NCBI RefSeq assembly: GCF_004010195.1 | Contig: NC_057720.1 | Coordinates: 26,972,024-27,021,547, forward strand | Direction: 5' to 3' | DNA from: Chiloscyllium plagiosum | Lineage: Eukaryota | Length of the DNA: 49,524 nucleotides | Shown: positions 12,006-24,158 of the stretch, one piece after another | Numbering within the stretch: position 1 is the first letter of the stretch | How the letters are laid out: every line of letters starts with the position of its first letter | Position numbers and translations under genes: made by a program | The notes under the pieces: generated by a model | Told to the model about the DNA's origin: nothing | Databases searched by the model: none | The model's input: the letters and a program-made list of their open reading frames with translations, nothing else

Positions 12006-13053
12006 CCGGTGCTGGACTGGGGTGGACAAAGTTAAAAATCACACAGCACCAGGTTGTAGTCCAACAGGTTTATTCGGAAGCACTAGCTTTTAGAGCGCTG
12101 CTACTTTGCCAGGTAGCTATGGGGCAGGATCATAGGACACAATTTATAGCACAAGATCATAGTGTCATGCAACTAATATGATATATTGAACAAACCTAGA
12201 TTGCTGTTAAGTCTTTCATCTTTTAGAATGGGTTGCAGGTTTCAATTCATTAATATGTAAATCCCAGAACTTCTTTCAAGTCACATTCCTGGGATAACTT
12301 AAGGTTTTATAAAATAAGGTGACATCTCAGCTCAGACAATGTATTAAAGGTGTGAGACTAGAATCTGTCTGTATTCCAATCTTGAGTCAGACTGGTTCTA
12401 TTTCCAAAGGAGAAATTTATAAAATATCACGTTACATATAAACCGCGCACACTACCAAGCATGCACACACACGCCCACATGCACTCTCTCGCACAATCTC
12501 TCTCTTTCTCCCTCCCTTCCATGCGACCCGCACACACATATAAGTTCATGGGATGAATTTGCATTTGCAGAATTGTATACGCAGATACATTCTATTTTGC
12601 TCAAAAAGCACACAATCTGCAGATAGTCAATCCATGTGACCATTTATAAATTCCTGCTTTGGAAATAGAATTAGTCTGACTAAAGATTGGAATACGGATA
12701 CGCTCTAATCTCACACTTTAATGTATTGTTTGAGCTGAGATGCCACTTTCTTTATAAAACCTTAAGTTATCTCAGGGATGTGACTAAGAAGTTCTGGGAT
12801 TTACATATTAATGAATAACCTGCAACTCATTCTAAAAGATGAAAGACTTAACAGCAATCTAGGTTTGTTCAATATATTGTATCAGTTACATGATCATGTT
12901 GCAAATTCTGTGTGCTATGATCCTGCCCCACTGGCTACCTGATGAAGTGCTCCTTCCGAATAAACCTGGTGGACATTTTTTTAGAATCCTACAGTGTGGA
13001 AATAGGCCCTTCAGCCCAACAATTATAACCTGGTGTTGTGTAATTTTTAACTT
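12006..13053. mobile_element. PLE family B fold-back element with ~400-bp inverted arms
   Basis: 12029-12432 is the reverse complement of 12633-13053; same terminus as 20638-21455; decayed hammerheads in both arms. Confidence 0.85.
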
Positions 13054-16000
13054 CATTAGAATTGACAGGGTACAAAACAATCTTCATGCAAAAAACTTCT
13101 CAGTAAGCTCTCATATAAATATTGATTTTCCTTGCACTTCTATTCTCCATCAGTCTTTTTGGTAGATGGTTCAGACAGCTCACAGTGGAGAAACTATGCT
13201 TTTTGTCCACTTTGGTTGTTTCTTTTACTTTGAAATAATTTCCACACCAAATCAAACCTGGAAATGTTTCACTAAACACTTGTAATAGAATAAAATTAAT
13301 CAAGAACATTAATATGCCGTCACAAACAGCAGGTAGTCATTATGAACTCCTAAGCCAGTTCAGAGGTAACTTTGTGAGCTTGCTTAATGAAAGTTTTTGC
13401 AACTGTGAGTGATATGACTAATTATCATGTTCCAGGGTTCATCAGAAGGATCATTGGCCACATGATGGTACAGCTGCAGAACCTTGCTAAGGTTTGAAAA
13501 ATCTTAATGACCAAGCCTTATTAGAATAATATCAGTGAACCAACAGTATTCGCTAGCAGATCATCAATTGGACAACATGAAACATTTCAATTGTTTCTCT
13601 GCAGGGCTACGATGGAAGTGAGTTGTTAAAGATGATGGGAGCAACTGGGAGAAATCAATTTCATTGAAATTCAAGGGGTGAGGGAGAGCAGATTAGCAGG
13701 AAGAAAGTCATTGGCAAGGTGAATTCAGAATGTTTCCAATGCAGCTTGTTGCATCATGACATAGATGTCAGAACAGACAGGCCTGTGCCTTTAAGACAGT
13801 TACATGGCATCACAACATGCAACGTTCCAGTACAAAAAGTTCTTTATGTGTAATGGAGTCAATGTATTGTCTACAGCTAGTCAGCTATATGTATGTAATG
13901 TGCATCAGTAGGGAAAGAATCCAAACTAAGTAAGTCTGTGATATTATAACCATGAATATTAGAATTGTTAATCAACCTCAAGGCATCTGTCTGAACAAAA
14001 AATTTGATTCTCTGTCATTTACATTTGCAAAATAACATGTAAAAATGTGTTTCATGTTGGCGGAGATGGCAATATGAAACAGGCACTAAAAGCTCATCGT
14101 GACAGCTATTTAGTGCCAGTAACTGAATGCTAAAGACTGAAAACATAATCAGTGTGGCAGCTGTGAAAAATCTTTTTCCCTAATTGTCATGTATCAATCT
14201 GTCAGAGTTCAGAGTTGAAGTTACAACTGCAACCAAAACTAAAGTGCTATGGGATATTGTATTCTAAGTCCCTTCACTAACCCACTCACAAGCGCTTTAT
14301 GTCTACTCAGTCATAACTCCTTTACCAACCCACTGACAAGTGAACACTGCTTTCCCATTTCATTCATTCATAACTCCCTACTATAACTCAATTTCATTCA
14401 TGCATTCATAAAACCATGGTTTTAGTATATTTTACTATTATAAGAAAGACCAAATTTAAAACAACCCCTTTCTAATCAAAACAATCCTTTCAAAACCATT
14501 ACTGCATTTTAACACCTTAACAGCCCTTACTACAAACAGTGTTTACCTCTGAATAAGTGTAGCGTACAGAACCATGCCTTCCCTGTCATCAGGTCTCCAC
14601 AAAACATTATAATATTAATCAGGCCTCACCAATCATCTCCTGGACCTGAAGAGATTACAAAAACACCAAACAGTTTCCTGAATTAACTGGGTCATTATCC
14701 CTTTAAGAAACTGTCAAAACAGCGCTTAAGTGAAATTGCATGAATGAATGAAACCCACACCAGCAAATAGTAAACAAATCTCACAACCCAGCTGCAGTAA
14801 TCAGTTTAGTATATTTTATTCTTTCATTAAGTACAGGTACAATTTCTAACCTATTTAGAGCATATAGGTCTAGTACTTTTACGAACATTTATTAACTTAA
14901 AAGGCAAAAGGACTCATACCTCTTAATTATAAAAGCAGACTGGACAGACACTCTTAATCCCATCAGAAGTAACAGCAGCATGTAGGATATGGTTTTAACC
15001 CATCTCCTGTCTCCCAGGACTGAAGACCCTCAAACCTTTGTGTACTATATGTAAAACAATGTAATACCATAGTAATAGAATTTTAATATATGCAAGAACT
15101 GGGTATAAAGGGGCTATTGTAAGAATGGTATTTCAGGATTCTATCGCTGCCTCAAACTTGCGCTACTTGCAATTTGTGACTAAAGAGGTTATTTTTGCTA
15201 CTCTCCGAATTCAGTCGTTATTTGATAACAATCCCACAGTGCTATAACCAAAACTAAAGTTTTTAACATGGGCTAAAGCACAGCAAAAACCTCTCACACT
15301 CCTTCAAATTAAACCACAGCTTAAGGTGCTGAAAGGACAGCTCCAATTTAAGAAAATTTTCCAAGAACACAATACAGCTTAAAAACGGTCTGAACTAAAA
15401 AGCCTTACCTGCATCCGGACATTAGTTATTCTACCATTTTCCAAAGTTATCTAAAATTTCTTTTACAAGTGCACTTGACATCAGAAGTGCTTCACTTTTG
15501 ATGTGTACACCAACTTGAGGCACAGGCCTGCAACTTTTAAATAAGCATAATATTTAATAAAAGATAAAGAAAAAATCCAGCAAATGGAAAGAAAAAACAG
15601 GAAAAGCAACATACTGTATTATAGACTTCCATTGCAATTTTTGAAGAGCATGAAACTACACCAAAGAAACATAGAAAGCACACATCTCACCATGGACTGG
15701 TAATCCGTTGATATTCGAACCAGAATATCAGTTGTTAAAGAAAGTGCCAATCTTTACAGTTTATCAGACAGTTGCCAAAGAACTACAAACAGTCAATCTT
15801 CTCATTTTGTCATTGAAGAGTTAAGAAGGAAAAAAGCTTTTGGTATTTCTGGCAATGACCAGAACGTTCCTGCCAATGTTTTTTAATAACCTCAAAGGTC
15901 AACATAAGTTCACAATCATATTCTTTGAGTTCATGTCATCCTGACAACAGCCAGATGAAATGATTGACTAATTCAATAGCAGATGTTAACACAAAAGTAG

Positions 16001-16388
16001 AGAATGTGATTTCACTTGAACTAAATTAGTTGTATGCCTTATGAAACTGTCTTATAAACACCTTTCAAATTCTCCACAAAAGCACTGTTGGATGAACCCA
16101 AAAGAATATGCCAACGATGCTCAGCCAGAAGGACATAAATTCAAAGTAATTGTGGCAGGCCAGCGGCATCTGCAAGGGCTCCCAACACTTTCAAAGGAAA
16201 ATGCAAACCTTGTATGCGGTGTGTCTTGCCTCAGCCATCAAGACAGTGTCCAGCATTTCATGAAATATGAAAGCTATGCTCTACCAAAAAGGGCAGTAAG
16301 CTAAAATGTGTAGGATTTCCAAAGATTCAGAGAAATCCAAAGTACAACACATTGCTCCGCAGCAACAATTGAAGAACCAACCAAAGAA

Positions 16389-16721
16389 CGGCACGGTGGC
16401 ACAGTGGTTAGCACTGCTGCCTCACAGCGTCAGAGACCCGGGTTCAACTCCCGCCTCAGGCGACTCTCTGTGTGGAGTTTGCACATTCTCCCCGTGTCTG
16501 CGTGGGTTTCCTCCGGGTGCTCCGGTTTCCTCCCACAATCCAAAAGTGTGCAGGTTAGGTGAATTGGCCATGCTAAATTGCCCGTAGTGTTAGGAGAAGG
16601 GGTAAATGTAGGAGTATGGGTCTGGGTGGTATACACTTTGGCGGGTCGGTGTGGACTTGTTCGGTGTGGACTTGTTGGGCCGAAGGGCCTGTTTCCACAC
16701 TGTAAGTAATCTAATCTAAAA
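16389..16721 (+). mobile_element. HE1-type V-SINE, full length, with 9-bp TSD
   Basis: A box TGGCACAGTGG, B box GGTTCAACTCC, V-domain GTGTGGAGTTTGCACATTCTCCCCGTG, (TAATC)n tail; ACCAAAGAA at 16380-16388 and 16726-16734. Confidence 0.9.
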
Positions 16722-17258
16722 CAATACCAAAGAAGCCTTAATGAACTGGTCATAACACAAAAACATAACACAAAAACAAGAAGTAAATGCAATGTTACAG
16801 CTTACAGACTCCTGTTAGACACTATATATGGTAAACCTGACATCATCGTTGTCTTTAGTAAAGCAGAAGCATTTACCTCTATCAAAGGGATATATCCCAA
16901 AAGGAATGACTAACAGGTATGATATGCTAAACTCCACATGATACTAGCACAAATGTCATCCCTTTATGCATCCGACACAAAATATACTCAGAAAACTGGC
17001 AAAACATTTTGCAACCCATACAAAAAATGCTAACTGCTTACAATGTGTCCAACATCCCACGCATTGGCACCATCTTAAATGTGAATACGGATCATCGGAA
17101 TAGGAATCTGTAAAGTTTTACATTTTTGAATCAAATTGACTGTCTACTCCTGGTCAACCAGTATGCATGGATCTGCAGTGGTGCAAGATTGCAACTAATG
17201 TATTCCATGTCCATAAACCCAATTATATATTGGGGACTGACTAATTCACCAAATTGGA

Positions 17259-17419
17259 TAAAATGAGGACTGCAGATGCTGGAGATCAGAGTCAAAACGT
17301 GTGGTGCTGGAAAAGCACAGCAGGCCAGGCAGCATCTGAGGAGCAGGAGAGTCGATGTACCTGTTCCTCAGGTGCTGCCTAAGCTGCTGTACGTATCCAG
17401 CAACACACATTTTCACTCC
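17259..17419. mobile_element. PLE family A-like terminus as a short hairpin
   Basis: About 17300-17347 is the inverted counterpart of 17361-17409. Confidence 0.75.
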
Positions 17420-18217
17420 ATTTCATCAAATCCCTTTTTATGCAACTGCAACAGCAGTTGCCACATTGAACGCGATACTCAGTAGGTTTGGTGTACCTCA
17501 ATAAATTGCTCCTGACGAAGATGTGCAGTACATGAAAGCACCCTTCCAAGATGTGCAGGTGATCCATATATCACTTCTTCTCCTCGCCCTCAGTCAAATA
17601 GCCTCACAGAACACATTCTACACTAAAATCGAAAAGCAAATCATCAAATGGAAAGCAACTTTCCAAGATTTCTGGATAACTATATTAAATATACATGCTG
17701 TACCCCAAGGCCATGGTTTCCCTCACTGGCAGCTTTCATGTTTGGAAGACAGGTCACCATGGTCCATCCCATTCACAGTCTCACCACTCAACCAGGTGCA
17801 CATGATGTATATTTGGGAAGAAGGGAGAAAATGGTTTACAAGCATGATCAATGATCATGCAGACAGTTATCCCACCTTGATCAATGACAATTTGAAATGG
17901 TAAAAATTTTCATACAACTGCAATGGGTTCATGGCAAACTACTATGTCATTGTGTCCAGCCTATGTCATATAATGATGCAATGACCCATGGTCAAACCCT
18001 GCAAAGAAGGGCTTATATCAAGATTGCATATCATCAATCATCTGCTACAGAGGATGAACACTCAGATAGTGAAGATATCATGCTGGACAATGACCACACA
18101 CCTCAAATGATTCACATCCATCCATGATAACACAGCCACTACTGAGTGAAGCTACATCGTCAAGTCATGATCAACATGCAAGGACAAGACCTAATCATAT
18201 CAAACGTCCACCGAGAT

Positions 18218-19331
18218 GTTCGATCTCATGGGATACAGGGAGAACTAGCCATTTGGGTACAGAACTGGCTCGTAGAAGACAGAGGGTGGTGGTGGAGGGT
18301 TGTTTTTCAGACTGGAGGCCTGTGACCAGTGGAGTGCCACAAGGACTGGTGCTGAGTCCACTACTTTTCATCACTTATATAAATGATTTGGATATGAGCA
18401 TAAAAGGAATAGTTAGTAAGTTTGCAGATGACACCAAAATTGGAGGTCTAGTGGACAGCGAAGAAGATTACCTCAGATTACAATGGGATCTTGATCAGAT
18501 GGGCCAATGGGCTAAGGAGTGGCAGATGGAGTTGAATTTAGATAAATGTGAGGTGATGCATTTTGGGACTTTTACACTTAATGGTAAGGTCCTAAGGAGT
18601 GTTGCTGAACAAAGAGACCTTGGGATGCAAGTTCATAGCTCCTTGAAAGTGAAGTCGCAGGCAGATACGATAGTGAAAAAGGCGTTTGGTATGCTTTCCT
18701 TTATCAGAATATTGAGTACAGGAGTCGGGAGGTCATGTTGCTTCAGTACAAGACATTGGTTAGGCCACTGTTGGAATATTGCGTGCAATTCTGGTCTCCT
18801 TCCTATCAGAAGAATGTTGTGAAACTTGAAAGGGTTCAGAAAAGATTTACAAGGATGTTGCCAGGGCTGGAAGATTTGACCTATAGGGAGAGGTTGTTTA
18901 GGTTGGGGCTGTTTTCCCTGGAGCGTCGGAGACTGAGGTGACCTTATAGAGGTTTATAAAATCATGAGGGGATGGGTAAGATAAATAGATAAAGTGCCTT
19001 TCCTGGTGTGACGGATCCAGAACTAGAGGGCATAGGTTTAGGGTGAGAGAGGAAAGATATAAAAGACACCTAAGGGGCAACCTTTTCATGCTGAGGGTGG
19101 TACGTATATGGAATGAGCTGCCAGTAGAAATGGTGGAGACTAGTATGATTGCAACATTTAAAAGGCAATATTTAAGAAGGATGGGTATATGAATAGGAAG
19201 GGTTTGGAGGGATATGGGCCGGGTGTTGGCAGGTGGGACTGGATTGGGTTGGGATCTCTGCTTGGCATGGACAAGTTGGATCGAAGTGTCTGTTTCCCTG
19301 CTGTACATCTCTGTGACTCTATGACTCTATG
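18218..19331 (+). mobile_element. CR1 LINE, 5'-truncated
   Basis: GVPQG, KFADDTK and LEYCVQFWSP motifs; (CTATGACT)n tail. Confidence 0.95.
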
Positions 19332-20687
19332 TTATTGGAATGTACAGATTTAATATATCCAGAGGCATCCTTGCACATGTTTTTTTTTGGAAAATGGTTG
19401 CCATTCTTAAAAAGAAAGTGGGAACGTAGTTTTACGGCATAGATGCCAGATCAGGCCAGCCTGTACCTTTAAGGCCATTCTGTGACTTTGCAACATATTA
19501 TAGTCCTGTATACAGTTACCTACCTTGCCTATGGCCTCAGTGTAATAGAGTCAATGTAGAGTGTTCAGTCAGTCATCTATGTGTATGAAATGTGTGGTGA
19601 CATCAGTAAGCACAGAACCCAGACTGTGTGTAGGTCCGTGATGTTGTAGGTATGAAAGTTGTTAGTCTTACTAAACAAACATCAAGATACCTATCTCAAC
19701 AAAGACCAAACTTTATTCTGTGGACTAACATATAAAAAGCCACAAACATATAACAGCTTGCAAGGGTGCTTTAAGGATAGCTATTCTGGCTAGTTTACCA
19801 TTTGGTATCTTTGGGTAGGGTCTGAACTACAACCAGTAGAACATTAGAATTATCTCATGGTCCTAAGCTCAGTTTCAGGCAAGAGTTTTCAATACCTGCT
19901 TGAAATTCACCATCAGGTGAAGCTTGAGTAAGAAGAAGAAGTAATTTAAATGAAAAATGGTCTCACTAAAAATGGGGCTGTACTGAGCTGCAGATCACCT
20001 ACACTGCCTCATTTGTTTTGGGTGTGTGCTCATCACATAGACAAATGAGGAGAATATAAGATCAACAATAAAACAAATAAATATTATTAAAGCCTTGCCA
20101 TGGTGATCTGTTTACTGTCTCCTGGAACAGTATCGGCCTATAATACATGCTCAGCCATGGTTGGCTGATTTAGAATGTCTGAATTGAGAAGAGAAACTGC
20201 TGATAAAAGGAAACAGTGTCTGAAAGGCTTTTTGCATTTGTAATTGAATGGCTGATTAGACCAATAAAGCGAAATGTAATGATCTTTATACTAAACATTT
20301 TATGACTACTGCAAAGACCCAATGTTTGTTTAAATTATTCCAATGGATCAACTAATAACAGACTTATTTATTTTTGTAGTTTTTGGCTGAGGTTGGGGGA
20401 ATATGCAGTTCTTTCCCACACATCTGAAAATGGTTTTGATAAGATGATCTTTTCCTTTATTCTTTGAAACAAACAAAAATGATTCAGACAGCCCCAGGCT
20501 GTTCTCTATTCTGTGAACTAGCAGAGGGCAGCAACTGATGGCCACTAATTACTCACATGCAATGAGATGTTTACTAAAAACTTAACAGACCCTTGCACAT
20601 CATAACCCTGACATTTACATACTAAATGATCTTGATAGTTAAAAATCACACAACACCAGGCTATAGTCCAACAGGTTTATTTGGAAG

Positions 20688-20722
20688 CACTAGCTTTCAG
20701 AGCACTGCTCCTTCATCAGGTG
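20688..20722 (-). ncRNA. Minimal hammerhead motif (family B, G-U at base of stem II)
   Basis: Reverse complement reads CAC-CTGATGA-A-GGAGC-AGT-GCTCT-GAAA-GC-TA-GTG. Confidence 0.7.
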
Positions 20723-21357
20723 GTTTTGGAGAAATAAACCATAAGGAACAGAATTTATAGCAAAAGATTACAGTGTCATGCAACTGAAATTATATATTGA
20801 ACAAACCTGGATTGTTGTTAAGTCTTTCATCTTTTAGAATGGGTGGCAGATTTTGGTTCATTACTATGTAAGTCCTAGAACTTTGTCCAGTACTTTCCGG
20901 GAGCTGAAAAACTATGCCCATGTTCTTCACAGCCTGCAACACATTATCGATGAGGATGCACATCTCACCAAGACCTCCCCTACATCTCCACTTCTCGCTT
21001 TTAAACAACTGCCAAACCTTAAACAGGTAATTGTTCCCAGCAAACTGCCCAGCCTTCATGACAACATCGATGAACAACTCTGTACAACCCTGTCATGCCA
21101 ACCTCTGCAAGACATGTCAGAGTGTCGATACGGATACCACCATTACCCGTGGGGACATCATCCATCGTGTACATGCAAGTACTCATGTGACTCAGCCAAC
21201 ATTGTCTATCTCATATTCTGCAGGCAAGAATGCTCCGAGGCTTGGTACATTGGATACCGTACAACAATCACCAGACCAGGATGTTCCTCCCAGTCGGGGA
21301 ACACTTCTGTAATCTTTTGCTATAAATTCTGTGTCTTATGATCTTATTCTCCACAAC

Positions 21358-21392
21358 CACCTGATGAAGGAGCAGTGCTCCGAAAGCTAGTG
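21358..21392 (+). ncRNA. Minimal type-I hammerhead ribozyme motif (family B)
   Basis: CAC-CTGATGA-A-GGAGC-AGT-GCTCC-GAAA-GC-TA-GTG; stem I CAC/GTG, 5-bp stem II, AGCT palindrome. Confidence 0.85.
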
Positions 21393-21914
21393 CTTCTAAA
21401 TAAACCTGTTGGACTATAACCTGGTGTTGTGTGATTTTTAACTTTGTCCACCCCATTTCATTAACATATTTAAATCAAGTTGTCAGTGCCATGGGGAACC
21501 AAATTTGCTTTTAAAACTTACTTAGGCATCAAAGACCCAGCAACCATCTCCTACGCCTCACCCACCCTCATCCTGACCTCTCACTCCCACAATTGCCAAT
21601 CTCTCACCAACCAATCTCTAATTTATTACTCCCTCATCTCTTCTGGGCTTTCCTCAAAAGTTTCTACCTATGGTTTCCTGGAGTTAGTTTTCACATTAGG
21701 CACCTAGTTAGCCCATCTATTTGGTCATTTGCCAAGTAAAGCATGAAAGAAAAATGTTGTAATGCTTCCAAATTTAGCAGGAGGTCTATGTCTCTGTGCC
21801 ACAATGTTTCCTCCCCTAACCATTCCCTTCATTAATATCTGAGCCAATGCTTTTGGATATTTAATGTCAGTTGCTAGCAGTGTTGACTTTGATGTAGACG
21901 GAGGTGAATTCAAT

Positions 21915-22250
21915 GAAGCATAGGATGTTGAGGGGTGACCTTATAGATACTTATAAAATCATGAGCGATATTGATACGGTGAATGGCAAGTGTCTTTTCA
22001 TTGGGTTGGAGATTTCAAAACTTAGGACCTATTTTTATTTTGAGAGGAGAAAGATTTAAAAAAGACATGAGGGGCAACTTTTTAACACAGTGCGTGGTTC
22101 ATGTGTGGAATGAACTTCCAAGGCAAGTGATGGATGTGGGTACAGTTACAACATTTAAAAGGCATTTGGATAAGTACTTGAATAAGAAATGTTTAGGGGG
22201 AGGGATATGGGCTAAGCACAGGCATGTGGGACTAGTTTAGATTGAGATTA
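21915..22250 (+). mobile_element. CR1 3' fragment
   Basis: RGERFKKDMRGNFLTQCVVHVWNELP. Confidence 0.9.
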
Positions 22251-22410
22251 TTTTATTTTGACTATTCCAGACTATTGTGTTCTCAATCTGCAGGAACACT
22301 TCAATGCAGTATGCATACAATCAATACTGATCTGTCAGAAGGGTTTCTTTTCAATGTGGTGTTAGCCTGAATACTCATATTCCTGTACCAATTGGCCTTT
22401 AATAACTAAT

Positions 22411-22497
22411 TGCTGGAAAAGCGCAGCAGGTCAGGCAGCATTCAAGGAGCAGGAGAATCGACGTTTCGGGCATGAGCCCCTCTTCAGGAATGAGTCT
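22411..22497 (-). mobile_element. 87-bp PLE family A unit with 15-bp TSD; hammerhead at 22460-22487
   Basis: CCTTTAATAACTAAT at 22396-22410 and 22498-22512. Confidence 0.88.
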
Positions 22498-23189
22498 CCT
22501 TTAATAACTAATGCCAAGGAATTTGCCTGCTTTCCTTAGGTCGACATGACCAAACAAAAGTTACCTGCTCATTTATCTTCTTGTGTATGGAACTTTGCTA
22601 TGTGAAAAATAGCTGTGATATATTTGCCAACATAATACATCAGTGCTCTTCAAAGTAATTAATTGTACATCAAGCATTTCTGCAAGGTCTGATAATAGTA
22701 CAACTTCCATCAACATGCAGACAATGAGCGAGTCTGCAATGGATCAATTACATTTCATAAGACTAGCTTTTGATTCTGTTCAAAAGTCACTGTTAAATAA
22801 TGAACAAAGTTCTCAACTCATCAATAAATTCAGCTGATTTCGATCCTTACTTGCATCTTCACTTTCCCCCAAGCACAAGCTCATTTCTCTTAGAGCTCAA
22901 ATTCAGTTCAATGCCTCTCAAAATAAGCTCCCACACTGTTTCAAACTCCCCTGCTTTCACCCTTTTGTGTGTTAAATAAATATGTCTACTGGTATCTTGA
23001 TAATGAAACTCACGCATAATTCAACAATACTTCATGTATATAGACAATTAACAATAGGGCATCAGATATCATAGTTTTAGTGATGTCTATCTGCTCACTT
23101 TGTGAAAGATAGGAAAAATATTCAAAGACATATAATGAACATTCAGGTCCCAGATAGAGATAGCTATACCAGTTGACCCAAAAGAAATG

Positions 23190-23530
23190 ACTAGTCAGCC
23201 TTTCATCTGATGACCTCTGGATGTTCCAAAACCCTTTTGAAGTATAATGATTGTTATAATGTAGGAAATGGCATTGAATCTGGAGACAGCAATTAAATAA
23301 AGTATGAGATAACCTGTTTCATTTGGAAGCCAGGACATTAGAAGAATTCCCTTATGCATAGACCAGGCCTCGATTTCACATCTTAGCTGATGGACGGTCC
23401 CTGCAAATTCATAGCAGTCTCTCAGTGTTGCACTCAACTGTCAGCTTAGACAACGTACTCAAGTTTTTGAGTGAAACTTTTACTCACAAGAATCTGACAT
23501 AGGGGCAAGAATGAACAACCACCAATGTCA
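23190..23530 (-). mobile_element. Deu-type SINE relic
   Basis: CTCAGTGTTGCACTCAACTGTCAGC..CTCAAG resembles the antisense Deu domain and tRNA head. Confidence 0.55.
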
Positions 23531-24158
23531 GCCACAATTTTGATGGACAACCACCTGTACAGCAAGAAACTGGCCGAGGATCTGGGTACAGAGGACCATG
23601 AATCAGCCATATTTTAGAGAAAGCCTCCATTTGTTCACACAAAAATCCTGCAACCGGCCTTTGATTGAATCTGTTTGGGAATGGTGTGGTCTTAATTTGA
23701 AAACTGCACTATTGAGGTGAGGTGGCAGCAAAAGCCAAAGAGGCCTGACCTTTAATAATTGGTCCAGTTTCCTTCAGGAGTTTGTTAAAGGGGCAGTGCT
23801 TGCAGAACTGCAATTTTCAAAGCTGAAAAGCACATTGTTGCACAGCTGTCAGACCTGATTTGGGGAAAAGTGAAAGCTTTTAAAATACAAAGATATGTTA
23901 GAAGCTTGCACTGGAGCTTTACCTTCCATTTGGCCATTGCTGTGCTTGCTGAGGCTGCTGAACTTCCAATGTTCTGTCTGCTTTGTTCTGCAAGGAAATG
24001 CAGACCCATCATGGCTGCCATCTGGATTTGCTGCTTGAACTCTGAAGGTAGTTTCCACCTCCTGTTAATGCTTGATGCCAATAATTAGATGCCAAGCTAG
24101 CATCTATCCTGAATAGGGTACCTATGTTTCAAGATACAATAGTATTGAGTGAGCAACA

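Larger units (their letters stand above)
13747..19755 (+). mobile_element. Ancient Gypsy-type LTR retrotransposon relic with both LTRs and nested insertions
   Basis: Homologous diverged LTRs at 13747-14054 and 19425-19755; degenerate iMet PBS after the 5' LTR; PPT AAAAAGAAAGTGGGAA; integrase remnant near 17560-17710 (SSPRPQSNSLTE..QDF..ILNIHAVP). Confidence 0.7.
20638..21455 (+). mobile_element. Penelope-like element (family B) with GIY-YIG endonuclease remnant and inverted 5' pseudo-LTR
   Basis: Frameshifted PLLAFKQLPNLKQ..QPCHANLCKTC..YSCDSANIVYLIFC..WYIG; inverted terminal arms, each with a hammerhead motif. Confidence 0.9.

Noticed and set aside
15409..15527. Minus-strand exon-like segment with CAG|GTAAG donor
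   Set aside because: Stops in all three frames and located within the Gypsy relic
16389..16465. tRNA-like A/B boxes
   Set aside because: Head of an HE1-type SINE, not a tRNA gene
18124..18822. 232-aa ORF
   Set aside because: Gypsy relic sequence fused by chance to a CR1 RT fragment
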